In this document: in pieces, positions 1 through 11,936 of the stretch
How the letters are laid out: each line of letters begins with the position of its first letter
Position numbering within the stretch: position 1 is the stretch's first letter
Assembly: GCA_040954595.2 (NCBI GenBank)
Contig: CM082585.2
Location: 4,053,258 to 4,117,257, forward strand
Direction: 5' to 3'
Source of the DNA: Balanoglossus misakiensis
Lineage: Eukaryota > Animalia > Hemichordata
Length of the DNA stretch: 64,000 nucleotides
The notes under the pieces: model-generated
Databases searched by the model: none
The model's input: the letters and a program-made list of their open reading frames with translations, nothing else
Told to the model about the DNA's origin: nothing
Made by a program: the position numbers and the translations under genes

Positions 1-106
1 TTTACACTGACCAAGTCACTCAAAATTTCAGGACTCTTTAGGAGTGATCGTCATTCGTTTTATAAGAGGGGTATGTGATGTCCGAAATGCCACTTTCGTG
101 GCGTTA

Positions 107-307
107 GGCCAAAATAAAAGTATGTGCAGACACGCTGTTCCGAAAACCCGACCTACCCTAAACTATTTAAAACTCCGTATAGTAACATTAACGATGTCAA
201 ATATACAAAATTTAAGAAAATTCCGCGAATCACGCACGAACTATGACGTCATTCTTCTACACTACGGCGGCCAGAGCAATCGGAACAGCACATATTATTA
301 TTTGGCC
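107..307. mobile_element. PIF/Harbinger (Tourist-like) MITE
   Basis: Termini GGCCAAAATAAAAGTATGTGC / GCACATATTATTATTTGGCC flanked by TTA on both sides (104-106, 308-310). A related copy lies at about 10165-10480. Confidence 0.75.
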
Positions 308-528
308 TTATCATGCAGCAATGGTCTCATTAGCTCGGAGAACAGAATAAATTACCTGGACTTCCCCGATAAACAAAACGTGTTCTCCCTGCGCTCTTTA
401 TAGTGAAACATAAAAATAGTACTTGACTCAGAACAAAACTAATCAGTGGTAGTTTCAGAGATCAAACATGCATGCATTCAGACACCAAATAATCAAGTGT
501 GTGTGCGTGGCATTACATGTATACTTAC

Positions 529-634
529 AGTCTTCTGTGTCAGCGAATACAATGCAGGGGCTCTTGCCTCCAAGTTCTAACGTCACACGTTTTAAATTGC
601 TCTTGGCAGATGCCGTCTTCACTAACCTGCCAAC
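529..634 (-). CDS. ALDH1: ALDH1-type aldehyde dehydrogenase, coding exon 7; gene continues beyond window start
   Basis: Bounded by tag| and |gtaagt. Encodes [35 protein letters not shown], including the catalytic Glu motif LELGGKSP. Confidence 0.95.
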
Positions 635-659
635 CTACAACAGATATTTCAGTGGGTAA

Positions 660-1003
660 AGGGACAAAGTCTCTCTCTCGCTGCCTTTTTCCATTAATTA
701 TGTTTGATACAAGACGCCGTTAATGTTATTCTACATGTGGATATATAGTGAATCAACGTTCGACCACACACAGCTTCCATCCCACTTGCAGACACGAGAG
801 GGAAAAACTCACCAAAATGAATAACCGGTGTTTACCATTTATTCATTTTGGCGAGATTTTTACTCTCATATCCTACAAACAGGATGGAAGTTGTGTGTGA
901 TTGAACGTTCATTCACTACGTAAACACTTGTACATTAACTTAAACGGTGTCTTGTATCAAACATAATTAATGGAAAAAGGGCAGTGAGAGAGACTTTGTC
1001 ACT
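660..1003. mobile_element. Palindromic non-autonomous DNA transposon, Kolobok-like (TTAA target)
   Basis: Long TIRs AGGGACAAAGTCTCTCTC... / ...GAGAGAGACTTTGTCACT with GTAA/TTAA flanks. A second copy lies at 3899-4232. Confidence 0.75.
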
Positions 1004-1287
1004 TTAAGTGGGCGTATGACATAAAATTACAAATTTTTGACAGTCTCTTCAATATATGTAGCTTACGGAGTTTGGGACTGCTTTTAACTCCCATAAGTGT
1101 GGTGTAATAATAAATATTGAACTAACCAGATTGTTTAATTATGTTGATTGTATGCCCGGGCTTGAATTTACCGAGACGAAAAATGATCACAACAGTCGTA
1201 ATATATTACAACATGCAGTCACTTTTACGAAGACGCACACACACGCACACGACGCGCGCGCACACACAGAGAGAATGCAGACATTAC

Positions 1288-1401
1288 CTCTATAGATCCA
1301 GAGAAGGAAACTTTATCCACGTCCATGTGCTCGGAAATGGCAGCCCCAGCTGTTGCGCCGTATCCTGGCAACACATTTACAACTCCTGGTGGGAAGCCAG
1401 C
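1288..1401 (-). CDS. ALDH1: ALDH1-type aldehyde dehydrogenase, coding exon 6
   Basis: 114 bp, AG/GT bounded. Encodes [38 protein letters not shown] (NAD-binding region). Confidence 0.95.
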
Positions 1402-1636
1402 CTAGGGTAAAAAATAAACAGAATCCGGGGGTGAAAACTACATACTCCATTCCATAAATGGCTGTATACATTGTAAGGACCAAAGACTGACAGAGAACTA
1501 TTTAGATTTTTATTCTCAAAACATGTTTTAAGTTCTTAGATGACGTAATCTAGTTTCTTGCAAAAGAATTCAATTTGTAAATCTGACCTGACTGACTACC
1601 GAGTTAAAAATCCAACAGTCATATTGAAGAATTTAC

Positions 1637-1827
1637 CTCAACGACAAGAGAAGCGACGTGTAGCGCAGTAAGCGACGTTTCTTCAGACGGTTTTATAAGC
1701 ACAGTATTACCACAGGCCAAAGCTGGACCAAGTTTCGATCCCATTAGACCCAGTGGGAAGTTCCATGGATAATACAAACCGCATACGCCAATGGGTTCAT
1801 GGCGAGTATAACAGAAATTGTTACCAT
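1637..1827 (-). CDS. ALDH1: ALDH1-type aldehyde dehydrogenase, coding exon 5
   Basis: 191 bp, AG/GT bounded. Encodes [64 protein letters not shown] (PWNFP and KPSEET motifs). Confidence 0.95.
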
Positions 1828-2038
1828 CTGCGGAGAAAATGACAACGCAATGAAGAGACAACCGCGGTGTGCCAATATGTAAGCAAGTAAGTAAGTAAGT
1901 AAAGAGCAAACGTGCGTATGTGGTTTTAGGCCTCGTGCCAAATGCAAAGTAAGTAAAAACATTTACAGAAGAAAAAAAATATGTACAAGTAAACGTACAG
2001 GTACATGCAAACATACGTGCATATCAAACAATAACAAA

Positions 2039-2085
2039 CCACCACCAGTACCACCACCACCACCACCACCACCACCATCACCATC
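2039..2085 (+). repeat. (CCA)n microsatellite in ALDH intron
   Basis: Visible CCA trinucleotide run. Confidence 0.9.
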
Positions 2086-2099
2086 AATCAGCTGCTTAC

Positions 2100-2226
2100 C
2101 TATTGGAATGGTTTTGCCATGGATTTTGTCGGCAAAGCCGGCAAAATAGCGCAAGCTTTCCACAAATTCATGTGCTCCCACCTCAGCGGCAAAATATGGC
2201 ATGCCATTATCAAGGCTCTCCAATGT
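2100..2226 (-). CDS. ALDH1: ALDH1-type aldehyde dehydrogenase, coding exon 4
   Basis: 127 bp, cag|...|gtaagc. Encodes TLESLDNGMPYFAAEVGAHEFVESLRYFAGFADKIHGKTIPI; phase matches the next exon. Confidence 0.95.
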
Positions 2227-2812
2227 CTGTAAGGGAGTCATTAAAAATAGGAGTTACAGATTTTCATTGCAAATTTACATTCTAGTAATTTTATTTCCTT
2301 GAATGTGACTTGCCATTCTATGTATATTTTTTCGCCGAACATTAAATGTTGTTTACATATAAACCTACGATAGTTTGAAATAAGAAAAATGTGACACGTA
2401 AGAGATTAGGTAACTTAACGATTGAGTTTGATAATGCATGGGCTCTGAGGTACCCAGGTCAATTTTACCAGGGTTCCCCATGCAGACATTTTACCAGGAT
2501 CCTCCTTTATTGTTGCATTTATATAAATGGACGGCACAAATTGTTACCTGGGCTCCAAAATCATTTACCAGTGCTTCCCAACCTTTGCAAAAGCACGGAG
2601 TACATGTATTACAGTCATTGAATACTTGTTACAAAACTGTCTTTTGCATCATAAAATTAAACAGTGGGCCATTGAGATCTATTTTTTAATTCAATTGGGT
2701 GATGCGTTGATTAAAGCAAACCCACAATTAACCTATAAGAAAGCTATATCTCGGTACCTGTTTGGAATTATTTACTGTGAGTTAAGGGGTCTAAGAATGT
2801 CTCCCTACTTAC

Positions 2813-2953
2813 AGCCAGGGACATCGTGTCCCGCTCAACCAGATCAGCCAGTTTGTTCAGCAGTCTGCCTTTGGCCGATGCGTCCATACTACGCCACGGT
2901 GAGCCCAACTGAAAAGCCTTTCTGGCTGCTCTCACTGCTGCATCAACATCGGC
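2813..2953 (-). CDS. ALDH1: ALDH1-type aldehyde dehydrogenase, coding exon 3
   Basis: 141 bp, cag|...|gtaagt. Encodes [47 protein letters not shown]. Confidence 0.95.
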
Positions 2954-3898
2954 CTGAAAAAGTGACAGATTTTATTGACAGGTAAAGTAAACAATGTCAT
3001 TTATTGTATCTGTGTGATTCAGACCTGATCAAAGACTCGTTTTGGGGGTAAACTTTTCTAGCAAAACTCACAAAATACACCATCAGCATCCTGATCGACC
3101 CTTACACTAATAAGTTCCAAATTATCCAATGTCTCCCCAGATGCAAACACTCTCCTCTGGCTTCCTTTGCTAATAGAGGAGAGGGTTTTTTTTCTCACTC
3201 CTGGCCGCTGGGAGTGTGGGATCGAGAGTGTGGGATCAAATCGATCTCTGTGTTAATGCGAGCACAGACAACTGTTATCTGACACGAGCTCTGATTGGAT
3301 AATGATATTCGTACCCCTCAGAACGAGCAAATATTATCCAATTGTGTGATGTGTTGTACACGAACCGGAACTACAATGTGATCAGGTCATGTGCAGAAGA
3401 CAGTGTACTGTGGTGTACGTGGTTGGCGACAGACTCGCAAAAAACGGTTGTATTTTCTAAATATCTTGCAAATTTATGCCACTGGAAACAGTATCCATAT
3501 TTCAATGTGTTGAGCACATTTTTGTAGCATAGGTGTACTGTAAACTCGTGATGAAATGGGGACTATATTTTGCGGGAGGATCAATTTATGACCGGTCATG
3601 CAGTTATCAGTTGGTATTTTATATATTTAGTTCTTTTATTGTAAATAAACGTGAATATCGCAAATTTGTGGTCGTGTGAGAAATAGAATCTCACAAACAA
3701 AGGACCTGGGAACGTATTTCTCACACTCGTCGGGGATATTCATCACGAGTTTACAGTACACCTATGCTACAAAAATGTGCTCAACACATTGAAATATGGA
3801 TATTGTTTCCATATCCCCAACTCGTGTGAGAAATAAGATCCCAGGTCCTCGGGAGTGTGAGATTCTATTAATCTTGCAACATGTCCTTGGCTCATTAA

Positions 3899-4232
3899 AG
3901 GGACAAAGTCTCTCTTTCTCGTTGGCCCTTTTGTTTGATACAAGACACCATTTATGTTAATGTACATGTGGATATTTAGTTAATCAACGTTTAACCACAC
4001 ACAACTTTCATCCCACTTGTAGACACGAGAGTGAAAAACTCGCCAAAATGAATAATCGGTTTCTACAATTTATTCTATTCATTTTGGCGAGATTTTTACT
4101 CTCATATCCTACAAACGGGATGGAAGTTGTGTGTAATTGAACGTTAATTCACTATATATCCACCTGTAGAATAACATAAATGGTGCCTTGTATGATTAAT
4201 GGAAAATGGCCAGTGAGAAAGACTTTGTCCCT
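3899..4232. mobile_element. Palindromic non-autonomous DNA transposon, Kolobok-like, second copy
   Basis: TTAA|AGGGACAAAGTC...GACTTTGTCCCT|TTAA; homologous to 660-1003. Confidence 0.8.
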
Positions 4233-4313
4233 TTAACTAAATACTCGAAGAAACGCGTGGACAGGAGTTACGCCACGCAAACAACTTCGAACATGGTCTC
4301 CTTTCTCTCTTAC

Positions 4314-4418
4314 CTTGTCAGCTTCTTGTACGTCACAGATTTTTTCTCCCGTAGATGGGTTGATGGTGGGAAATGTTTTCCCGCTGATTGAATCAACAAA
4401 TTCATTGTTGATGAAGAT
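4314..4418 (-). CDS. ALDH1: ALDH1-type aldehyde dehydrogenase, coding exon 2
   Basis: 105 bp, tag|...|gtaag. Encodes [35 protein letters not shown]. Confidence 0.95.
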
Positions 4419-4996
4419 CTAAAATAATGAACAAAAATAATTGCTCACATTTGTAAAACAAAGAATAACGTATCATTTGAGATGTACAATACTTGAGATA
4501 TCATGTGAGTGTTAGGGTCTGAATGGAAGTTTCATTGTGGTATTCCTTATTTGCAATAAAACGTCTTAGTCACCAGCCATATCGTATCAGCATAATTTGT
4601 ACAGTCAGATTGACAACACTTATTTTACAAACGAGTGAAGTAGTGTCTCATTGATATTTTAATCCACCATTTTCTCAAAGAATTATTGTCAGCAAATGAA
4701 GATTTCGTCGAATAGTCATCTAATTGATTGCCACACCTTGTGTCTTCTATGATTGTTTAGATTTACTTATTTATTTCACTAGATATTAAAACTAGTCTTT
4801 GTCCCAGAAACCAAATTTAAATACTGAGGTAAATAAGTTAAACGCAAAAAAAATTGTAATTTTTTAAGAATTCATTAAAAGTTCATAGACCAGTACATGT
4901 ACATATACATGTATTTCACCCGATGATGCCTTAAGCATGTGAACAGGGCGAGAGCTAATCGATATAATAGTGAAAGCAATATTTATATATACTAAC

Positions 4997-5038
4997 CTGT
5001 GTATACTTAATATCAGGCGTTGCCAGCGATTCCGACAT
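4997..5038 (-). CDS. ALDH1: ALDH1-type aldehyde dehydrogenase, coding exon 1
   Basis: ccATG...CAG|gttagt encodes MSESLATPDIKYTQ, joining in phase 0 to IFINNE. No mitochondrial presequence, so cytosolic ALDH1-like rather than ALDH2. Confidence 0.88.
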
Positions 5039-5097
5039 GGTGCTATTGCGCTCAAAGTTTGCTCAGATCTGCTGTCACCCGTCCAATCACGCCTGCA

Positions 5098-5103
5098 TTT
5101 ATA
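5098..5103 (-). promoter_or_regulatory. Candidate TATA box of ALDH gene
   Basis: TATAAA on the minus strand about 60 bp upstream of the ATG at 5038. Confidence 0.55.
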
Positions 5104-7644
5104 AGGCAAATTCAACCGGTCAATATAAAACTGCAAGTCCAGGACTGCGCGTAACGATGCTGTAACGTTGAATAATACCGAGAAAGACAAGACACCCTCA
5201 TTTGACGCAAAAACACGTTTTGTTATTTAGATCTGCAGCCACAATCAGAGGTTGATAATATATTGTAATCAGACCATTATTCTTGTTTCCGCTATACAAG
5301 TTATGACTTGCACATATGTCAGTGAACGGTTGGGAGCGGTCTTGCGATTTTTACTCCCGTTCTAGGAGACCGTGCTCAACAAAGTGATGACCAAAAGTGA
5401 TATACAAGCGTTAACGTGTCGTGCGATAAGCTTTTAGTTACGTAATTCCCGGACTTAGCCTAACTGCGAAGAATGAGAAATTATGAGAGCAGTAACCACC
5501 AGTGTAACGATTTTAATCATAGAATCCTGCTAATTATTTAATCTAGATAGATGACTGGTTATTTTTCCATATGACAAATAAAACTTTGGTGCAGGGAGAC
5601 TAAGCGAGTTTGACAGGTCAGGCGAAGCTGTGACCTTTCCACACTCCCAAGCCGCTTTTCGATAATTTCCCAAAACTATAGAATAGTAAGAAATGGCTTG
5701 CGATGGCTAGTCTGAATTCCCGCTGACCCCCCCCCCCCTTTATCTTGTACGCAAATAGTATGGGGGTCACACACACCATTAAGACGGTTCTGAAGCGTCT
5801 CAGATCAGATATTGTCTTTAAAAAAATATGTGTGGACGACGGCTTAGATTTGAGACGGCTCTGTCGGCCAGACCTGAGCCGATGTGAGAATTAACAGCTC
5901 TCCGCAACCCATTGTATATGAGACATCCTCAGCGCCTATACATAAACTTTGTGTGTGTGGACACAACGCGACTCAAAGGATTAATGCTCTGTGTTAACAG
6001 TAGGCAAATAGTGTCTCAAACTTTTCTGTGTGAGAACCTGGTATTGGGTATACGAGTAACACAGGTAAATCTTCTCCTTTGAATCGACAGTTGAATGGTG
6101 TCAGGCCGGAGGAAGAGTATCATTATTTTCTGGAAAATCTGTCCGCGAGGCGTGTATTACACCTCGAACTCTGATATAACTACATGTATTTAGGATTGAA
6201 AGGATAATTTTAATGGGCGATTTTATTCTATTTGTCAGCTGTACTATATATCTCTCTCTTTTATTTGAGCTTCAAAAGAAAAAGTTACAAAGAAAAGAAA
6301 AGCGGAAATGAATGCGCATATGAATGACCGTGTTGTTTTGTTCTGAAGATCAAATACTACAATCCTTACACGTACATGTATGTACATGTATATCAATCTA
6401 ATTTCACTTTCCCTCTCTTTCTTCATTGTAATGTATTCTACTGTCCAATTTTCCTTACATGGTAGCTGTTGTAATGCAACCATTATTTAAAAAAGATAAT
6501 TAAAAGTTTCCGGTTTAAAAGAAAACATGCAACGAAATTAAAACCAGCATCAATCCATTCCATATGCTAATATCATTATAATGCTAATTCCCCCCCCCCA
6601 CCTACATCTGCGAACTAATAAAAACGGGCAAATTCGGCAACCTAACTCGCGTCGGAACATTTGACGGCAACAGAAAACAAAGCGAGCGTAATTCAATAAA
6701 CTGACCTATACCAGCCTGAACTATGATTATTTCAGGTTTCAAAACTCCGTTCACGTATTTCATCTGATTTTCCGAGGAGCACTCAAAATGTCCACATTGC
6801 AAAAACCGGATTTGGCCGAGACTTAAATGTATGCATTATCGTTAGAACTGATGACATACAATGTAACAATTCCTCCGGTTTGAGCCAATCGGCCCTCACA
6901 ATTTTCCCGCTTTCACTGGACTATATAAGAGCTTGTATATTCTGGAAGTTTTCGAGGTCAGTTTTGTTTTGGGAACTCTGCGAGTCGCACGTATTGCAAC
7001 GGAGTATTGTTCTGTTGGTGGTTGTTCACCCACTTTTGCGATAAATAGTTGCTCATTATTCACGACCGAGTACGAGTCATTTCGGAAGTCCGATATAAAG
7101 AGCTTTGTTCGCAATATTCAACCGCTCACAAAATGTGGAGTTTGCTCATAATCGCGAACGTTCTACGACACGCTTCTATATCATTTGATATCTACTGGAG
7201 ATTTCATAAAAACCACCCTCGCTTAATGTTCCTTTCCATAAAATCAAAGACACGTGTCTTGTACATTGGAGTACCACGGTTGGTCATTATATTTGGCTCG
7301 ATCAGGCTTTGGTGAGTAAAAAGTCAGCAAGTTCCATATATATAACTTACAGGTAGCTACACAGCTATATCTGGAAAACAGCGTCAAAAAACACTGTGCT
7401 CTCATTCATGTAAAACTAAACATACATATAATATCAGGCATAGTTGCTTTCACTGTTAAATTTACCTGCTAGTGTCCGGCACCCATCAATGGCAATTTTA
7501 AGTGTAATATTGCCAAATCACCCAATTTGATGGCAAGTCAATGGTGTCACTCACTCACTTCCTTGTCATATTGTGACAGAGAATATCTTTGTTCGTCCCG
7601 GAACTAAAGGTAGACCGAAATAGCACGCCTCTACCACGTCACCC

Positions 7645-7650
7645 TATAAA
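7645..7650 (+). promoter_or_regulatory. Candidate TATA box of CUB gene
   Basis: TATAAA about 30 bp upstream of an Inr-like TCAGT (about 7677) and 75 bp upstream of the ATG at 7720. Confidence 0.55.
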
Positions 7651-7719
7651 ATAAAATAAAAAAACACCAGCGAATGTCAGTGTTCTGTGTTCGTGAACAA
7701 TTCACAGAAGAGGACGAGC

Positions 7720-7761
7720 ATGATGAACGTTGTCATATTAATCTTATGTTTGCTCTGCCAG
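7720..7761 (+). CDS. Secreted triple-CUB protein, exon 1 (signal peptide)
   Basis: MMNVVILILCLLCQ followed by |gtaagt; hydrophobic leader, phase 0. Confidence 0.7.
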
Positions 7762-9173
7762 GTAAGTTGTGTTACATTTCCAGCATTGTAGAGTATCCAT
7801 TCACGTCTTTATTTTGAACAATGATATCGGATATGGAACTCTTTTGTGCTGTCGAGGAACAGTCACACTAATGCTATGCTTGGAAATATGTTATTTGATT
7901 TCTCGTTCTGGTATGTAAAACAATTTAGGACATTTCCCTTTAAGAAAGCAGCTCTATTGTTGACAAACAGGGTTAATCGTGATATTTGCAAGGGGGTACC
8001 CCTTCATAATGATCACATACCAGACTCTAATTTATTTAGTTTTCAAGTAGCATAATCTACATAGTCCAGGTTACGGTCGTCGAGGTGTGAACCGCATAAT
8101 ATTTATTGATATTTATTGTGTAATGCGAAAGCTGGTTTGTGACAATTATTTATTTGGGAAAACGTAGTGCCACATTTAAACCATTTAACTCATTTTTCCG
8201 TACCGCCCTTATATACAAAGTGGACATAATGCTCCATTGTCGAAAGATATTGATCAAAGTTTGAGAAAACGCGGAAAACATTTTGACGGTTAATTCTTAT
8301 TTATAAAAAAGATGACGATAAGTTGCCTATTGCGTTGAAAGGGTTGATCTATGTTTACTTGACAAACCATATGTCCATAAGTACAAGTATCAATTGAAAA
8401 GAGAATATTCTGCTAACAGTAACTGTAAATTGGCGCTGCACATTGGTGGAATATACTCCAATGGAGTTTCTATATTTAACTTGATACTGGGCCCTAGATT
8501 GTGGTGTCGACCCTTGAATTAGTGCGGAGTCACTATTTCTGGATTTTTCCAATAACATGGAACAATAAATGTGCCACTATCTGAAAACATTCTTTTATGT
8601 GGCGGGAAAACAGGGTAGTCATGTCGTGAAAATTGTCAGATGAAAAATACAATTAGGTCGGTGGAAAACCCGCAATTGTATTACTTAGGAACAATATCGT
8701 GATCAAATATACCTATAAATAAATTCACGAAGTGTATTGACTTATGCATATTTTGGGGTGGTGCACGATAATATTAAATTTTTCATAACAATTTCTTTCA
8801 AAATGAACGGGTCAATTTACATCTAAGATGTGAATGTAGAATGTATACGTATGCCGTATACGCTGTACACGAAGTTAAATTGCCAATTGGGTGAAGTTTG
8901 AATACGGTTTTCTCTCAGCACATTGGTCCATCATGTTATGATCATCCCGTTTCTGCTCGGGTATCTGTGACGCCATTATCCAACATGAACCTTAGGGAAT
9001 TTACGATTATTGTCTCTTTTTTAGTCATTCTGTAAAGGTATCGCGCCCTCGTGATAATGAAAATTCAAGGCTCTTAATGGTACAGTGGCCAAATGAAGGC
9101 GAAATTAATTATGTTTTCTGCGTAAAATTTAAAATATAAAGTGACATTGTTTTATTCCTATGCCTATATATAG

Positions 9174-9216
9174 ACAGCGATCAACAGTAATGCGCTGAAT
9201 CATCGCCGATCCAACG
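9174..9216 (+). CDS. Secreted triple-CUB protein, exon 2 (short linker/propeptide)
   Basis: tag|...|gtgagt, 43 bp, TAINSNALNHRRSN. It bridges phase 0 to phase 1 exactly as needed between exon 1 and CUB1. Confidence 0.7.
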
Positions 9217-9743
9217 GTGAGTAGAATTGATAATTGTCTACAGGTAACATGCTATCAGGGAATATTTGGGACTTACTTGATATACAATTACGCCTTTTAT
9301 TTTTTGTGCGTGGATGCCAACCTCCTGACGATGCATTTGCTGCATGTAATGATGTGTTGTGATGTCATCATTAGTGCCCGGCCTATGATTTTGTTTGAAA
9401 ATATATAGACGTGATTGCAATTACATATATAATGCACGGGGAAAAGTAGAATGATAACCTCTACTCGTTATGTGAACAGTATGCAATTTGGGCTCACTCT
9501 AGGTATAGAATACATCGTTTAATTCACAGGGGGATTTGGGTCGGTTTTGTCATCACAGAGAAATACAAAAGCCCAAAGTTCAAAATGCGGGTATTCGGGG
9601 CGACTTTTGCAAACCGTGATTTTTTTCTGCTCCAAAGTGGTGTAGTCGCTTCCACCCGAAACACACCTGGCCAATTATGGAAGATGCGAAAATCTGGTGT
9701 CCTAAATGTATATTCAGATCTACACACTCCCTGTCTGTTGCAG

Positions 9744-10100
9744 AATGCTCGGGTACGAATTATCTGCATGTCCAGAAAGGACACACGGTAACCATCTCAT
9801 CGCCAAATCACCCGAACAAGTACAGCAACAATAATGACTGTGTGTGGGTGATCAGCACGGATCTCGGCGGAAAGCTGCGGACCCACTTCACATCCTTTAA
9901 TACGGAAAGTGGCCATGATTATTTGTCAATCGGCGACGGTTCAGACCCTGGTAATAAAGACACCGAGGCTATGAAAGCATCTGGCAGTACTTTGCCTACC
10001 GATTGGCTGTCTGAGTCATCCCCGATCTGGGTGAAATGGCATGCTGATTTTTCGGCGACAAAGCCAGGATGGAATCTTGAAATCAGTGGGGTTGAAAGCG
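9744..10100 (+). CDS. Secreted triple-CUB protein, exon 3 (CUB domain 1)
   Basis: 357-bp phase 1-1 exon: ECSG...ISSPNHPNKYSNNNDCVWVI...FNTESGHDYLSIGDG...WVKWHADFSATKPGW, matching the CUB consensus. Confidence 0.92.
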
Positions 10101-10164
10101 GTAAGATACCCACCGTGATTGGTGGCGAGACAACTTGAGAGATGCACACCTTTCAGGTCCATAA

Positions 10165-10480
10165 AGCCCCAAAAATATGTGCTGTTCCGATTACATAGTT
10201 TTCAAAAATAGGGTAGGTAGGTAGGGATTTTTTTTTTATTTTGCATTCTTTTTATTTCTCTGCCTGCCGTAGTCTGGAATAATGACGTCATAGTTCTTGC
10301 ATGATGCGTGCGATTTTGTCACAATTCTCGCGTGATTCACGCAATTTTCATACATGTTGTATATTTGGCATCGTTATTTTTAATTCCAGGTTTACGAAGC
10401 TCTAAAAAGTTTAGGGTCGGCGGCTTGAATTTAGGGTAGGTCGGGTAATCAGAACAGCGCATATTTTTTTTATTTTGGCC
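10165..10480. mobile_element. Harbinger-like MITE, same family as 107-307
   Basis: Termini AAAATATGTGCTGTTCCGATTAC / GTAATCAGAACAGCGCATATTTT...GGCC, and shared internal motifs AATGACGTCATAGTTC and TTAGGGTAGGTCGGGT. Confidence 0.65.
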
Positions 10481-10652
10481 AAATGCGGAATGCTTTTTTA
10501 TAGTTAAAATGTTAGTTTTGATGTCGAAGGAGACTGATGTTAATTTTTGCGACACCCACTTTTTGGAATGACATACCTATAGCATTATATAAAACTAAAA
10601 ATATGACTTCTTCAGAAACATTTTCAGTATTTCGTTTATTATTCTGTTTCAG

Positions 10653-11009
10653 CCTGTGAAGGCACAAACTATTTATACTTAGTATCGGGTCAAACTATCT
10701 TCATTTCGTCACCAAACCATCCAAGCCAGTACAACAACAACGACAACTGTCAGTGGGTAATTAGTTCTGTCTTCGACTGCATTATGCAGACTGCCTTCAC
10801 GGCCTTCGATACGGAACGTTGTTACGACGAGGTGGCCATTGGATCTGGCAGCGATCCTAATGATGCAGACTCAGCGTTTATAACAGCATCCGGTTCTGCC
10901 AAACCCGAGGACTGGCGGTCTCCGGGGTCTCCGATATGGGTCAAGTGGCATTCGGACGATGCAGTGACGAAAACCGGGTGGAAGCTTGCAATTACTGCAC
11001 ATGATAGAC
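10653..11009 (+). CDS. Secreted triple-CUB protein, exon 4 (CUB domain 2)
   Basis: 357-bp phase 1-1 exon: ACEGTNYLYLVSGQTIFISSPNHPSQYNNNDNCQWVI...WVKWHSDDAVTKTGW. Confidence 0.92.
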
Positions 11010-11388
11010 GTAAGGACATTCTCCCAGGGTTGCTTGTAAAATTGTGGGGTGGGTGTAGACTCATAAAAGTCGTCCCATGCACTGAATGAAGGAGAATAAC
11101 ATCACATTGCGAGAGGCCCTCCGTCTCGCGTGTCGTGGATTTTAAATACTGATTTTGTATTAGATGAAACCATAATGTACTTCTACCATTATTTAATAAA
11201 TTGTACTTCCTGACAGAGGGAATGATGACCACATGCACGCAAACTTACACACGTCTAAAAACCCGTTTTTTCGAACATCTCGTTTACTCTACCCGCAATC
11301 AGATAGGCCCATATAATATGTATGTATGTAACTGTGTAAAGCATGTGACAGAAATATGCGTTTCTGTGCATATATTTTACAATGACAG

Positions 11389-11741
11389 GATGCTCAGGCA
11401 CGAAACACGTACACGTAGCGCAGGGTCAGTCCTTCTTTATGACGTCAACAAACTACCCCAGCAACTACGAAAATGACGAAGACTGCGTCTGGTTGATCAG
11501 CACTGACATGGTCCACACTCTGCAGACTCACTTCACAGACTTCAACACAGAGAGTAATCACGACGAGATTGCAATTGGGTACGGCCACGATCTCGCTGAC
11601 GCCACCTCGGAGGTGATCAGGGCATCTGGCACAGTCGCCCCGGGGGATTGGCAATCGCCAGGATTTCAGATGTGGGTCAAGTGGCACTCGGATAGATTGT
11701 TCACACGTAAAGGCTGGAGCCTGACCATGACTCAGACTTAA
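11389..11741 (+). CDS. Secreted triple-CUB protein, exon 5 (CUB domain 3, ends at TAA)
   Basis: cag| acceptor; CSGTKHVHVAQGQSFFMTSTNYPSNYENDEDCVWLI...WVKWHSDRLFTRKGWSLTMTQT*. Confidence 0.9.
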
Positions 11742-11936
11742 GGTGAGTATTAAAATGCACTCATACACAAAAATGCTTGGCTAAGGTCTGTGCCAGGCTG
11801 TACCATATACATGTACCCACTCTTTTCACACACATCTCTGAAAGGTTTAGAAGCGGGCGATAAACGTGCGGTTCAAAGAGCTTGCAAGAACTGTAAAATG
11901 AGTAGTCGGCCGAATATATGGTTTCACCCTGACAGA

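Noticed and set aside
1963-2099. Poly-Gly extension of the ALDH exon in the ORF track
   Set aside because: It is an intronic (CCA)n microsatellite downstream of a canonical donor.
6602-6802. MKYVNGVLKPEIIIVQ as ALDH first exon
   Set aside because: It has no phase-0 GT donor. The 5038-4997 exon fits better (PDIKYTQ|gttagt, with a TATA box upstream).
6896-7315. Short overlapping ORFs between the ALDH and CUB genes
   Set aside because: No recognisable domain or splice structure; possibly a decayed repeat that I cannot assign.
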